Source: Candidatus Methylomirabilota bacterium
GTDB taxonomy: Bacteria; Methylomirabilota; Methylomirabilia; Rokubacteriales; CSP1-6
Direction: 5' to 3'
Assembly (NCBI GenBank): GCA_046726415.1
Contig: JBKPAK010000028.1
Coordinates: 1-24,782 of the forward strand
DNA: 24,782 nt
Shown here one piece after another: positions 1-11,627 of this stretch. The position numbers were made by a program, and so were the translations under genes. Positions within the stretch are counted from its first letter, which is position 1; the number at the start of each line of letters is the position of its first letter. The notes below the pieces were generated by a model that was not told the origin of the DNA, searched no databases, and saw nothing but the letters and a program-made list of their open reading frames with translations.

Positions 1-49
1 CCACGAAGCCGTCGCGCGCTCGATCCTCCGACACGCGCCTGAGCCGACC

Positions 50-2368
<2,319 letters not shown>

Positions 2369-2379
2369 TGGAGGCGGGG

Positions 2380-3576
2380 ATGGATACCAAGACGCTGATG
2401 GAGTGGTCCGCCAAGTACCACACGCCGAACTACGGGCGCACGCCCATCTGCCTGGTGCGCGGCGACGGTCTGCGGGTGTGGGACAGCGAGGGGCGCGAAT
2501 ACCTCGACTTCACGTCGGGGCTGGCGGTGACGGCGCTGGGGCACTGCCATCCCCGCGTGACAGGTGCCATTCAGGAAGCGGCGGCTACCCTGCTCCACGT
2601 CTCCAACATCTTTCACACCGCCCCCCAGATCCATCTCGCCCGGCTCCTCTGTGAGCACTCCTTCGCCGACCGCGTCTTCTTCGGCAATTCCGGGGCGGAG
2701 GCCAACGAGGCGGCCATCAAGCTGGCCCGCAAGTACGCCAAGGAGCGCTTCGCCTCCGATCGCTTCGAGATCATCGCCACCCGGAATTCGTTCCACGGGC
2801 GCACCTTGGCCACCGTGACGGCCACCGGTCAGGAGAAGTACCAACACGGGTTCGAGCCGCTCGTCCCGGGCTTCAAGCACGTGCCGTACAACGACCTGCG
2901 CGCCATGGAGCGGGCCATCGACAGCCGCACGGCGGCGATCCTCGTCGAGCCGATCCAAGGGGAGGGAGGGGTGTACGTCCCCGATGACGACTACCTGCCG
3001 GCCTTGCGCAAGCTGTGCGACCAGGCGGGAGCGCTGCTGATCCTGGACGAGATCCAGACCGGCATGGGGCGGACCGGGCGGCTGTGGGCCTACGAGCACG
3101 CCAGCGTGGAGCCGGACATCATGACCGTCGCGAAGGCGCTGGCCAACGGCGTCCCCATCGGCGCCATGCTGGCCAAGGAAGACGTGGCCAGCGCGCTGAC
3201 TGCGGGCACGCACGGTTCGACCTTCGGCGGCACCCCCTTTGTGAGCTCGGTGGCGTTGGTCACGCTCACCACGATGATCGAGGAGAAGATTCCCGAGCGA
3301 GCGGCCCGGCAGGGCCGCCACCTCATGCAGGGGCTCGGCCGTCTGCGCGACCGCTTCCCAGCTCTCCGCGAGCTGCGCGGGCGTGGCCTCCTGATCGGCA
3401 TCGAGATGGACCGGGCCGTAGCCCCCGTGGTGGACGCCTGCCGCGAGGCTGGGCTCCTCGTCCTCACCGCCGGCGATCGGGTCCTCCGTCTGGCCCCCGC
3501 GCTCATCGTCAGTGAGGCGGACAGCGACCGCGCGCTGGAGATTCTGGAGCAGTCTCTCGGACGCGTTCTGTCGTGA
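2380..3576 (+). CDS. argD: acetylornithine aminotransferase (class III PLP enzyme); alternative start ATG 2368
   Basis: NSGAEANEAAIKLAR, SFHGRT, EPIQGEGG, DEIQTGMGRTG, AKAL (PLP Lys), HGSTFGG. GGAGG precedes ATG 2380. arg cluster context. Confidence 0.93.
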   Translation: MDTKTLMEWSAKYHTPNYGRTPICLVRGDGLRVWDSEGREYLDFTSGLAVTALGHCHPRVTGAIQEAAATLLHVSNIFHTAPQIHLARLLCEHSFADRVFFGNSGAEANEAAIKLARKYAKERFASDRFEIIATRNSFHGRTLATVTATGQEKYQHGFEPLVPGFKHVPYNDLRAMERAIDSRTAAILVEPIQGEGGVYVPDDDYLPALRKLCDQAGALLILDEIQTGMGRTGRLWAYEHASVEPDIMTVAKALANGVPIGAMLAKEDVASALTAGTHGSTFGGTPFVSSVALVTLTTMIEEKIPERAARQGRHLMQGLGRLRDRFPALRELRGRGLLIGIEMDRAVAPVVDACREAGLLVLTAGDRVLRLAPALIVSEADSDRALEILEQSLGRVLS

Positions 3577-4496
3577 ACCATCTGCTTTCCGCGGGTGACC
3601 TGACCCGCGACGATGTCCTCCGGCTCTTCCGAGTGGCGGCCGAGCTGAAGCAGCGCCTCAAGGGAGGCCGGCGTTCCAGCGCCCTGGAGGGACGCACCCT
3701 CGCACTCATCTTCGAGAAGCCCTCGCTCCGCACGCGCGTGACCTTCGAGGTGGGAATCATCCAGCTCGGAGGCCGCGCCGTCTATCTGTCCGGCGGGGAG
3801 ATCGGCATGGGCACCCGGGAGAGCGTGCCCGACGTGGCGCGCAATCTGTCGCGCTGGGTGGATGGCATCGCGGCTCGTGTCTACGCCCATGCCACCCTGG
3901 AGGAGCTGGCGCGCCACGCCACTATCCCCGTCATCAACGGGCTGTCCGACGTCGAGCATCCATGCCAGGCCCTGGCCGATTTCTTCACCCTGTGGGAACG
4001 CGGAGTGGATCTGGGCGCCATGCGCTTCGCGTGGATCGGCGACGGCAACAACGTCTGCCACTCGCTCATGCTCCTGGGCGGCCTCTTCGGCAGCACCATG
4101 GTCATTGCGTGCCCGGACGGGCACGATCCCGATCCGCGCGTGGAGCGACGTGCGCAGGAGCTGGGCGGCCGGATCGCCATCACTCGCGATCCCATGGAGG
4201 CCGCGCGCGGCGCCGACCTGCTCTACACCGATGTCTGGATCAGCATGGGTCAGGAGGCGGAGCGGGAGCGGCGCCTGGAGGCCTTCAGCCGCTACCAGCT
4301 GAGCGAACCGCTGGTGGCGGCCGCCAAGTCCTCGGCCCTGGTGATGCACTGCTTGCCGGCCCATCGCGGGGAAGAGATCGCCGACAGCGTTCTCGACGGC
4401 CCGCGCAGCATCGTGCTCGACCAGGCCGAGAACCGGCTGCACGCCCAGAAGGCCATCGCGCTGGAGCTGCTGGGAGGAACGGTCGACGATGTCTGA
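3573..4496 (+). CDS. argF: ornithine carbamoyltransferase
   Basis: [47 protein letters not shown] overlap with argD. Confidence 0.95.
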   Translation: MNHLLSAGDLTRDDVLRLFRVAAELKQRLKGGRRSSALEGRTLALIFEKPSLRTRVTFEVGIIQLGGRAVYLSGGEIGMGTRESVPDVARNLSRWVDGIAARVYAHATLEELARHATIPVINGLSDVEHPCQALADFFTLWERGVDLGAMRFAWIGDGNNVCHSLMLLGGLFGSTMVIACPDGHDPDPRVERRAQELGGRIAITRDPMEAARGADLLYTDVWISMGQEAERERRLEAFSRYQLSEPLVAAAKSSALVMHCLPAHRGEEIADSVLDGPRSIVLDQAENRLHAQKAIALELLGGTVDDV

Positions 4497-5691
4497 GCCG
4501 AAGAAGGTCGTGCTGGCGTACTCCGGGGGGTTGGACACGTCAGTCATCCTGCGCTGGCTCATCGAACGGCATCGATGCGAGGTGGTGGCGTTCTGCGCCG
4601 ATCTCGGGCAGGGCGAGGAGCTGATCCCCATTCGCGACAAGGCGCGGGCCACCGGGGCCGCCAGCGTGCATATCATCGACCTGCGTGAAGAATTCGTCCG
4701 CGACTTCGTCTTTCCCATGCTGCGCGCCAATGCGGTGTACGAGGGCAGCTATCTCCTCGGCACGTCCATCGCCCGCCCGCTCATCGCGCGCGCTCAGGTG
4801 GCGATCGCCTGCCAAGAAGGCGCCGATGCGGTGGCCCACGGGGCCACCGGCAAGGGCAATGATCAAGTTCGCTTCGAGCTCACCTACGCGGCCCTGGCCC
4901 CGGAGCTGCGGGTGATCGCGCCCTGGCGCGAGTGGGAACTGACCTCGCGCACCGCCCTCATCGAATTCGCCCGCCAGCACGGAATCCCCGTACCCGTGAC
5001 GGCCGAGCGACCGTACAGCACCGATCGCAACCTCTTCCATATTTCCTACGAGGGCGGCATCCTCGAGGATCCGTGGTCCGAGCCACCCCCGAAGATGTTC
5101 TTGCTCACCAACTCACCGGAGGCGGCGCCCGACGTGCCGGTCTCGGTCGAGATCGATTTCGAGGCCGGTAATCCGGTGGCCGTCGACGGCCAGCGCCTGG
5201 GGCCGGTGGCCCTCCTGGAGCGGGTCAATCGCCTCGGCGGCGAGCACGGCATCGGGCGGGTCGATCTGGTGGAGAACCGCTTTGTCGGGATGAAGTCGCG
5301 CGGTGTGTACGAAACTCCCGGCGGGACCATCCTGCACGCGGCGCGGCGCGCCCTGGAATCGCTGACCCTGGACCGCGAAGTGCTCCACCTCCGCGATTCG
5401 CTGGTCACGCGCTACGCCGAGATGGTCTACTACGGCTTCTGGTACTCGCCGGAGCGCGAGGCGCTGCAGGCCCTGATGGACGACTGCCAGCGCGACGTCA
5501 CCGGCACCGTCCGGCTGAAACTCTACAAGGGCAATGTCACCGTGGCCGGGCGGCGCTCCCCGCGGACGCTCTACCGAAACGACTTCGCCACCTTCGAGAC
5601 CGACAGCGTGTATCGCCAGCGCGATGCCGAGGGCTTCATCAACCTTCACGCGTTGCGCCTGCGGATCCGGGCCCTGCGGGATCGCCGCTAG
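4489..5691 (+). CDS. argG: argininosuccinate synthase
   Basis: [42 protein letters not shown]. Confidence 0.97.
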   Translation: MSEPKKVVLAYSGGLDTSVILRWLIERHRCEVVAFCADLGQGEELIPIRDKARATGAASVHIIDLREEFVRDFVFPMLRANAVYEGSYLLGTSIARPLIARAQVAIACQEGADAVAHGATGKGNDQVRFELTYAALAPELRVIAPWREWELTSRTALIEFARQHGIPVPVTAERPYSTDRNLFHISYEGGILEDPWSEPPPKMFLLTNSPEAAPDVPVSVEIDFEAGNPVAVDGQRLGPVALLERVNRLGGEHGIGRVDLVENRFVGMKSRGVYETPGGTILHAARRALESLTLDREVLHLRDSLVTRYAEMVYYGFWYSPEREALQALMDDCQRDVTGTVRLKLYKGNVTVAGRRSPRTLYRNDFATFETDSVYRQRDAEGFINLHALRLRIRALRDRR

Positions 5692-5708
5692 GGCCCCGCG
5701 TCCCGCGC

Positions 5709-6443
5709 GTGCACGTCGACGTCGTCCTCACGGCCGAACGCCTGACTCCGGCGGCGGTGGCGGGAGCGTGCGTGCTGGTAATCGACGTCCTCCGGGCGAG
5801 CACGACGATCGTGGCCGCGCTCACCCACGGCTGCCGCGCGCTCGTGCCGGTGAGGGATGCCGATGAGGCGCGGCGTCGCGCGCGCGCCCTCACCGGGGAG
5901 GCGCGACTGCTGGCGGGCGAGTGGCGGGGCGAGACCATCGCTGGCTTCGACCTGGGCAACTCTCCCGTCGACATCGCCGCCGGCCCGCCCATCAAGGGAC
6001 GGACGATCTTGCTGACCACCAGCAACGGCACGCGGGCGCTCCTCGCGGCCCGAGGCGCCATGGCCATCGGGATCGCGGCCCTCGTCAACCTGAGCGCGGC
6101 GGCGGCGTGGGTCGGCGAGCGCGGCCATCCCATTACCCTCGCGTGTGCAGGAGAGCGCGGGACGCTGTCCCTGGAGGACCAGGTGTGCGCCGGACTCCTG
6201 GCGGCTCGACTGGCGGCAGACCATCGCTCGGTCGTCTTGACGCCGACCGCCCACGACGCCCTCACGGTGGCCCGACGCTACGCGGTCGACGTCGGGCGGT
6301 TGCGGGAGGAATCGCCCTGGGCGCGCAACCTCATCGGGAAAGGCCGGGCCCGCGACGTGGATGCGTGCCTGAGTATGGATACCTCGGGGCTCGTGCCCGT
6401 GTATCGTCCCGACGTTGACGAAATCGTTGCGGGCCGCGGATAA
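5709..6443 (+). CDS. comB: 2-phosphosulfolactate phosphatase family protein
   Basis: VIDVLRASTT, GFDLGNSP, TTSNGTRAL and SLED motifs. The physiological substrate here is unknown. Confidence 0.88.
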   Translation: MHVDVVLTAERLTPAAVAGACVLVIDVLRASTTIVAALTHGCRALVPVRDADEARRRARALTGEARLLAGEWRGETIAGFDLGNSPVDIAAGPPIKGRTILLTTSNGTRALLAARGAMAIGIAALVNLSAAAAWVGERGHPITLACAGERGTLSLEDQVCAGLLAARLAADHRSVVLTPTAHDALTVARRYAVDVGRLREESPWARNLIGKGRARDVDACLSMDTSGLVPVYRPDVDEIVAGRG

Positions 6444-6444
6444 T
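6415..6444 (+). promoter_or_regulatory. putative sigma70 promoter inside the comB 3' end, driving pgsA-plsY-gpsA-galT
   Basis: TTGACG 6415-6420, 18-nt spacer, GATAAT 6439-6444. Confidence 0.5.
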
Positions 6445-6480
6445 AGCGAGCCGCAGCCTCACCGGTATGGGAGCGGGGGC

Positions 6481-7050
6481 GTGAACTTACCGATCGGCCT
6501 GACGATGACGCGCATCGTTGCCGTTCCCCTCCTCATCGTTTTTCTCATTTCGTCGTCGCAGGTCGATGCCTTGATCGCGGCCGCCATCTTCATCCTGGCC
6601 TCCATCACAGATTGGCTGGACGGCGTCATCGCCCGCCGACGCAATCAGGTCACCACGCTGGGCACTCTGCTCGATCCCATCGCCGACAAACTGCTGGTGG
6701 CCTCCGCCCTCGTCTCGCTCCTGCAGATCGACAAGATCGCCGCCTGGATCGTGGTGGTGATCGTGGGCCGCGAGCTGGCCGTCACGGGGTTGCGGGCCGT
6801 GGCGGCGGGCGTCGGGGTCATCGTGCAGGCTTCGCGGTTGGCCAAGCTGAAGACAGTGAGCCAGTACGTGGCCATCACGATGCTGATCCTCGAGAAGGGC
6901 ATCGGCGCCGGGCCGTTTCACATGGCGGCCACCGGTGTGCTGTGGATCGCCCTCGGCCTCACCGTGGTGTCGGCGGTAGACTATTTCTACCGGTTCTTCC
7001 GCAAAGCGGACTACCGCGCGATCGTTCCCGAGGAAGAACGCTGGTCGTGA
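6481..7050 (+). CDS. pgsA: CDP-diacylglycerol--glycerol-3-phosphate 3-phosphatidyltransferase
   Basis: CDP-alcohol phosphotransferase motif DWLDGVIARRRNQVTTLGTLLDPIADK. Typical MNLP start at GTG 6481 with GGGAG upstream. Confidence 0.92.
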   Translation: MNLPIGLTMTRIVAVPLLIVFLISSSQVDALIAAAIFILASITDWLDGVIARRRNQVTTLGTLLDPIADKLLVASALVSLLQIDKIAAWIVVVIVGRELAVTGLRAVAAGVGVIVQASRLAKLKTVSQYVAITMLILEKGIGAGPFHMAATGVLWIALGLTVVSAVDYFYRFFRKADYRAIVPEEERWS

Positions 7051-7090
7051 AGGTCGTCCCCGAGGAAGAGCGCTGGTCGTGAAGGTCGTT
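7022..7090 (+). repeat. 32-bp tandem duplication of the pgsA/plsY GTGA junction
   Basis: 7022-7053 vs 7054-7085 are 30/32 identical, plus a partial tcgtt at 7086-7090. Confidence 0.95.
7047..7082 (+). other. putative 11-aa bridging mini-ORF MKVVPEEERWS
   Basis: GTG 7047 overlaps pgsA TGA. Its TGA 7080-7082 overlaps plsY GTG 7079. Chimera of the PlsY N-terminus and PgsA C-terminus. Confidence 0.5.
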
Positions 7091-7666
7091 CTGGCCGTTG
7101 TTGCGGCCTACCTCATCGGAGCGGTCCCCATCGGTTTCCTGGTCGCCCGCGCCTTCGGCCTAGGCGATATCCGTCGCCACGGAAGCGGCAACATCGGGGC
7201 CACCAACGTGCTCCGCACGCTGGGACGCGGCGCGGCGGCCCTGACCTTGGCCGGCGATGTCGCCAAGGGCGCCTTGGCCGTGTGGGTAGGGGGGCGGGCG
7301 AGCGGCGACGCCGCGGCACTGGCCGCCGTGGCGGCGGTGGTGGGGAACTGCTGGCCCGTATTCCTGCGCTTCCGAGGCGGCAAAGGGGTCGCCACGGGCT
7401 GCGGTGCCCTCCTCGCCCTGGTGCCGCTGGCGGTGGTCCCGGCCGCCCTCGTATGGATCGCCATCACCGCGAGCTTCCGGTACGTCTCGCTGAGCTCCGT
7501 CCTCGCTGCACTCTGCGTCCCGCTCGGGGCTGTGCTCCTCGGCTATCCCTGGCCAGCGGGGCTGGCTAGCGGGGTGGTGGCTGTCATCGTCGTCGTCCGC
7601 CACCGGGCAAATGTCAGCCGGCTTTTGGCCGGCCGCGAACCGCGGCTTGGCGAACGAGCCGCATGA
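7079..7666 (+). CDS. plsY: glycerol-3-phosphate 1-O-acyltransferase PlsY
   Basis: YLIGAVP, GSGNIGATNVLR, FRGGKGVAT, RHRANVSRLL; hydrophobic. Confidence 0.95.
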   Translation: MKVVLAVVAAYLIGAVPIGFLVARAFGLGDIRRHGSGNIGATNVLRTLGRGAAALTLAGDVAKGALAVWVGGRASGDAAALAAVAAVVGNCWPVFLRFRGGKGVATGCGALLALVPLAVVPAALVWIAITASFRYVSLSSVLAALCVPLGAVLLGYPWPAGLASGVVAVIVVVRHRANVSRLLAGREPRLGERAA

Positions 7667-8676
7667 ACACCGCCATTCTCGGGGCAGGGAGCTGGGGCAC
7701 CGCCCTGGCCATTCAGCTGGGGCGGCGGGGCGGGCGCGTACGCCTGTGGGCGCGCGACCAGGCGATCGTCGCCAGCGTCGCGACGCGCCGACGCAACCCC
7801 TACTATCTCGAAGACATCGAGCTTCCGGAGGGCGTCTCGGCCACGTCCGACCCCGCGGAGGCGGTGAGCGGGGCGGCGGCGGTGCTGATGGCGGTGCCGT
7901 CGGAGTTCTTTGCACAGACCCTCAAGAGCATTCCGGCGCTCCCCGTGGGGGCGGTCGTGGTGTCGGCCACCAAGGGCTTCGACCCGGAACGCCATCTGCG
8001 CATGAGCGAGCTGATCAGCGAACGGTTCCCCGAGGCGGGAGTGGCGGTCCTGTCCGGGCCGACCTTCGCTCACGAAGTGGCGCTCGCGCGGCCCTCGGCC
8101 GCCGTGGTGGCGTCAGCCGACGAAGCACTGGCTACGCGCGTGCGCGACGCCTGGGGCGCGCGCACGTTCCGGCTCTACACCAACCGCGATGTGGCCGGCG
8201 TGGAGGTCGGCGGCGCCATGAAGAACGTCATCGCGCTGGCCACCGGGCTGGGCGATGGCTTGGGCCTCGGCGAGAACGCGCGGGCGGCGCTGATCACGAG
8301 GGGGCTGGCGGAGATCACGCGCCTCGGCGTCGCCCTCGGCGCATCGCCAGCCACGCTCGCCGGGCTGAGCGGGCTGGGGGACCTCGTCCTAACCTGCACC
8401 GGGAGCCTGTCGCGCAACCGTGCGCTGGGGATCGCGCTGGCCAGTGGCCGTTCGCTCGCCGAGGCGCAAGCGGCCACGCGCATGGTGGCGGAGGGCGTCC
8501 CCACCGTGCGCTCGGCCCTGGTGCTGGCGCGGCGCACCCAAGTGAGCGCACCGATCTGCGAAGCAGTGGGCGCGGTGCTGTTCGACGGGTGGTCGCCTCG
8601 AGAAGCGCTCGCCGTCCTGCTCGCGCGGGCGGCCACGCGCGAGGACTCGCCGCCGGCCGGAGCCTTCGATGCCTGA
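7663..8676 (+). CDS. gpsA: NAD(P)H-dependent glycerol-3-phosphate dehydrogenase
   Basis: GAGSWGTALA, ATKG, LSGPTFA, GGAMKNVIA, GLGDLVLTCTGSLSRN. Confidence 0.96.
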   Translation: MNTAILGAGSWGTALAIQLGRRGGRVRLWARDQAIVASVATRRRNPYYLEDIELPEGVSATSDPAEAVSGAAAVLMAVPSEFFAQTLKSIPALPVGAVVVSATKGFDPERHLRMSELISERFPEAGVAVLSGPTFAHEVALARPSAAVVASADEALATRVRDAWGARTFRLYTNRDVAGVEVGGAMKNVIALATGLGDGLGLGENARAALITRGLAEITRLGVALGASPATLAGLSGLGDLVLTCTGSLSRNRALGIALASGRSLAEAQAATRMVAEGVPTVRSALVLARRTQVSAPICEAVGAVLFDGWSPREALAVLLARAATREDSPPAGAFDA

Positions 8677-9667
8677 GCTCCGCAAGGATCCCGTCGTCGG
8701 GCGCTGGGTGATCATCTCGACGGAGCGCGCGCGGCGTCCCTCGGACTTCGTGACGGAAGTGACGCCGCAGCGACCGGGGGAGTGCCCCTTCTGTCCGGGT
8801 CACGAAGGACAGACACCTCCCGAGATCCTGGCCGGACGCGCTCCCGACTCGGCGGCCGACGGTCCGGGCTGGTCCTATCGGGTGGTTCCCAACAAGTTTC
8901 CCGCCCTGCGGATTGAGGGTAACCTCGAACCGACTGGCGAAGGGCTCTTCGACCGCATGAACGGCGTCGGGGCCCACGAGGTCATCATCGAAACGCCGGA
9001 CCACGCCGCCTCCCTCGCCACGATGTCCATCGACGAGGTGACCGACGTGCTCCTCGCCTTTCGCGAGCGGGTGCTGGATCTCAAGAAGGATCCGCGGTTC
9101 GAGTATGTCCTGGTGTTCAAGAACCACGGCGAAGCGGCCGGCGCCTCCCTGGAGCATCCGCATTCGCAGCTCATCGCCACGCCGATCATCCCCATCATGG
9201 TGCGCGAGGAGCTGACCGGCGCCTCCGACTACTACCGGCGCAAAGAGCGCTGCGTGTGGTGCGACATCGTCCGCCAGGAACGGCGCGCTCAGCGCCGGAT
9301 CATTCTCGAGCGAAACGGCTTCGTCGTCCTCGCTCCATTTGCCCCGCGCTTCCCCTGCGAAACATGGATCGTGCCCACGCGGCATCGGGCGGCGTTCGAG
9401 GAGTCGGGCGTCGACGAGCTGCGCGGTCTGGCCGACGTGCTGGGCGACTTTCTGCGCCGCATGAACCGGCTCCTGGCGGGGCCGGCGTACAACTTCATGC
9501 TCCACACGGCTCCCCTCGACGAGCCCGACCTCTCCCACTTTCACTGGCACCTCGAGATCATCCCGAAGCTGACCAAGGTGGCGGGGTTCGAATGGGGCAG
9601 CGGGTTCTTCATCAATCCCGTGCCGCCGGAGGCTGCCGCGGCGGCGCTGCGCGGGGAGTCACCGTAG
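8669..9667 (+). CDS. galT: galactose-1-phosphate uridylyltransferase
   Basis: ELRKDPVVGRWVII, CPFCPG, VVPNKFP, catalytic GASLEHPHSQ, AGFEWGSG. Confidence 0.93.
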   Translation: MPELRKDPVVGRWVIISTERARRPSDFVTEVTPQRPGECPFCPGHEGQTPPEILAGRAPDSAADGPGWSYRVVPNKFPALRIEGNLEPTGEGLFDRMNGVGAHEVIIETPDHAASLATMSIDEVTDVLLAFRERVLDLKKDPRFEYVLVFKNHGEAAGASLEHPHSQLIATPIIPIMVREELTGASDYYRRKERCVWCDIVRQERRAQRRIILERNGFVVLAPFAPRFPCETWIVPTRHRAAFEESGVDELRGLADVLGDFLRRMNRLLAGPAYNFMLHTAPLDEPDLSHFHWHLEIIPKLTKVAGFEWGSGFFINPVPPEAAAAALRGESP

Positions 9668-9675
9668 GTCCCTCG

Positions 9676-9684
9676 TGGTAGAAT
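9676..9684 (+). promoter_or_regulatory. putative extended -10 promoter for tRNA-Gly/Cys
   Basis: TG-g-TAGAAT ending 26 nt before tRNA-Gly. Confidence 0.55.
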
Positions 9685-9710
9685 TCGTCTCGCGTCGGGA
9701 GCGAGCAGGC

Positions 9711-9785
<75 letters not shown>

Positions 9786-9802
9786 TCGCTCATTGTCCTC
9801 GT

Positions 9803-9878
9803 GGCGGCGTAGCCAAGTGGTAAGGCGCGGGTCTGCAAAACCCGTATTTCGTGAGTTCGATTCTCACCGCCGCCTCCA
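9803..9878 (+). tRNA. tRNA-Cys (GCA)
   Basis: Acceptor GGCGGCG/CGCCGCC, stem CGGGT/ACCCG around loop CTGCAAA, T arm GTGAG-TTCGATT-CTCAC, U73 discriminator and CCA. Confidence 0.96.
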
Positions 9879-10439
9879 CACCTTCCGCGGCGTCTATTCC
9901 CTTGCCCGAGGGCCTCAGCGCAGGCCGACCGTGAACGTGGCCGGCGGCGATGCGTTGCGCGCCGCACCCACGGTGTACCTGCGCCAGGAAGAGGAACGAC
10001 CCGCACGCGGAGGTCCGTCGGCGTCGTCAATGGCGTCGGGCAGCCGAGGTTGTGGCGGCCCTCCTCGGAGAAGGGAGCCGATGTCTGGTTTGGAACCGGC
10101 GCCGGCGGTGTGGGGGAGGAGTTCACCAGACCCGGCGCCGGAGAGGGGCCACTTCGCCCCCGATCCAAGAGCCCTCGTCGTCTTCGATACAGGATCTCTT
10201 CGCAAACTGGGCGGACGATCTACGGCTATGGTTTCTGCAGAGCAGATGCCTGCGAGATAGGGCATCTAACTGTGTAAAAGTGCGGCCCTTCAAGCGCGGG
10301 GTGTTCGGGATTGGACGGGCGGTGTTGTTATATCGACGCCACCAGCGTGTATGCTGAAGTGCTGGACGTCAAGCCAAAGCCTGCGGAAATGATGATCGAT
10401 GCTCCCGAGAGCCAGCTCACCACGGCATAATTCAATCAC

Positions 10440-10526
10440 GCCGGGGTGGCGGAACTGGCAGACGCAGCGGACTTAAAATCCGCTGGCCGCGAGGCCGTGC
10501 GGGTTCGATCCCCGCCCCCGGCACCA
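10440..10526 (+). tRNA. tRNA-Leu (TAA)
   Basis: Acceptor GCCGGGG/CCCCGGC, anticodon loop CTTAAAA, long variable arm GGCC-gcga-GGCC, GGTTCGATCCC, ACCA end. Confidence 0.97.
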
Positions 10527-10578
10527 TGTAATTCCGCATACTTACGCCGATCCTACCTTCAGCGTTCGCCGGGTGATG

Positions 10579-10960
10579 TCATCTGCTTTGCCCGTTCTGA
10601 CGAAGGGTCATCACCCGCGCGCCGTCGGCATGCGACCCAAGCGCGGCGAGCTTGGCAACGCCTTCGGAGAGGTCCGCGTCAGAGACGAAGGCGTATCGGC
10701 GGTACACGTTTTCGGTCTTGTGGCCGGTGAGCTTCATGGCCACCGAGCGGGGGACCCCCGCCCGCTCCAGCTGCCGGACCGCCGCGCCCTGCGAAGATCA
10801 TGCACGAGACGCCCGGGACGCAGGCGGCTTTGCACGCCTCCGCCCATACTCGGCGGAAGTCCCTGATCACGCCCATCGCGGTGAAAGACGAACGAAACGA
10901 TCTGGCCCGTAGCCCGCTGCACGCTCTCGGTGTACTCGTGCTGCCGCTGGAGCAGATCGG
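10579..10960 (-). pseudogene. tyrosine recombinase/phage integrase C-terminal remnant
   Basis: Manual translation across three frameshifts: DLLQRQHEYTESVQRATGQIVSFVFHRDG / VIRDFRRVWAEACKAACVPG / RLVHDLRR / AVRQLERAGVPRSVAMKLTGHKTENVYRRYAFVSDADLSEGVAKL...stop at 10579. It has HxxR, GH and a catalytic-Tyr region and lies next to the tRNA-Leu 3' end. Confidence 0.88.
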
Positions 10961-11187
10961 ACTAATCCGTGCATGCGACTGGCTGGGCAGGGCGGGAGGG
11001 CCCACCGAGGCGTGCGGGCTTGGGGCCGGGCTCGCTGCGGGCTAGTTACCGGCGAGTTCGCGCTCGTTCTCGGTCCTCACGCGTCATGGTCAGCCGCGAC
11101 GAGATTGTGTGTGGCACGATGCGCATTCCCGGGTCATCACCGCCCCTGATTGCGAGACGGTGAGGGGTGTGACGGAGCAACGCGCGC

Positions 11188-11433
11188 CTATGCGCCGCGG
11201 CGGAGCAGCTCCCACATCGCCAAGCAGACGCGGTGGAAGCGCACAAATATCGGGATCGCGTTCGATCCGAACTCCAGGTCGTACTCGGGACCGGTCGGGG
11301 CGATGGGGAGGCTGCATACCCCGCACGCCTCTCCAGTCCCACGCCCGGCCCACGACCGGTCAGGAGCCTGCAAGGGGAGCGTCCCCGCCCGGATCTTCTC
11401 TTCGGCCCGGCGGCGCAAAGTTTCTGGGTCCAT
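11188..11433 (-). CDS. small hypothetical protein (81 aa) with CxxC...HxxC putative metal-binding site
   Basis: MDPETLRRRAEEKIRAGTLP...WAGRGTGEACGVCSLPI...EYDLEF...FHRVCLAMWE; protein-like composition; start chosen at ATG 11433. Confidence 0.7.
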   Translation of the reverse strand: MDPETLRRRAEEKIRAGTLPLQAPDRSWAGRGTGEACGVCSLPIAPTGPEYDLEFGSNAIPIFVRFHRVCLAMWELLRRGA

Positions 11434-11618
11434 CAGCGCTGAAGATCCAATGGGTGGCCTCCCGGCGAATCGGTCGCCTGTGCGAACCGTCCACCGGGGT
11501 TCGTCAGTCGGCGGATGGACGCCCTGGTGCGGTGCCCGGACTATAGCATAGCCGTCGGGGTCAAGAGCGGAGACCCCTCGGTGAGGCTGCAGCACCTCGC
11601 GTAGCCGTCCCCCGGCTG

Positions 11619-11627
11619 TGATACGCT
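11619..11627 (+). promoter_or_regulatory. putative extended -10 promoter for the RRM gene cluster
   Basis: TG-a-TACGCT about 125 nt upstream of the RRM gene start. Confidence 0.35.

Noticed and set aside
3573-4496. SLRT instead of STRT might indicate an N-acetyl- or N-succinyl-ornithine transcarbamylase
   Set aside because: The DxxxSMG ornithine-binding loop (DVWISMG) of ordinary OTCases is present.
7022-7090. 32-bp repeats as a mini CRISPR array
   Set aside because: The copies are directly tandem with no spacers, they encode gene termini, and no cas genes are present.
10311-10430. 39-codon TTG-started ORF upstream of tRNA-Leu
   Set aside because: Weak start, no convincing SD and no motif; the region is more likely regulatory.
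11090-11190. CxxCH (ECASCH) in a minus-strand frame, suggesting a cytochrome c or zinc-ribbon fragment
   Set aside because: There is no signal peptide or credible start, and the ORF's upstream part overlaps the better-supported 11188-11433 gene. At most it is a decayed remnant.
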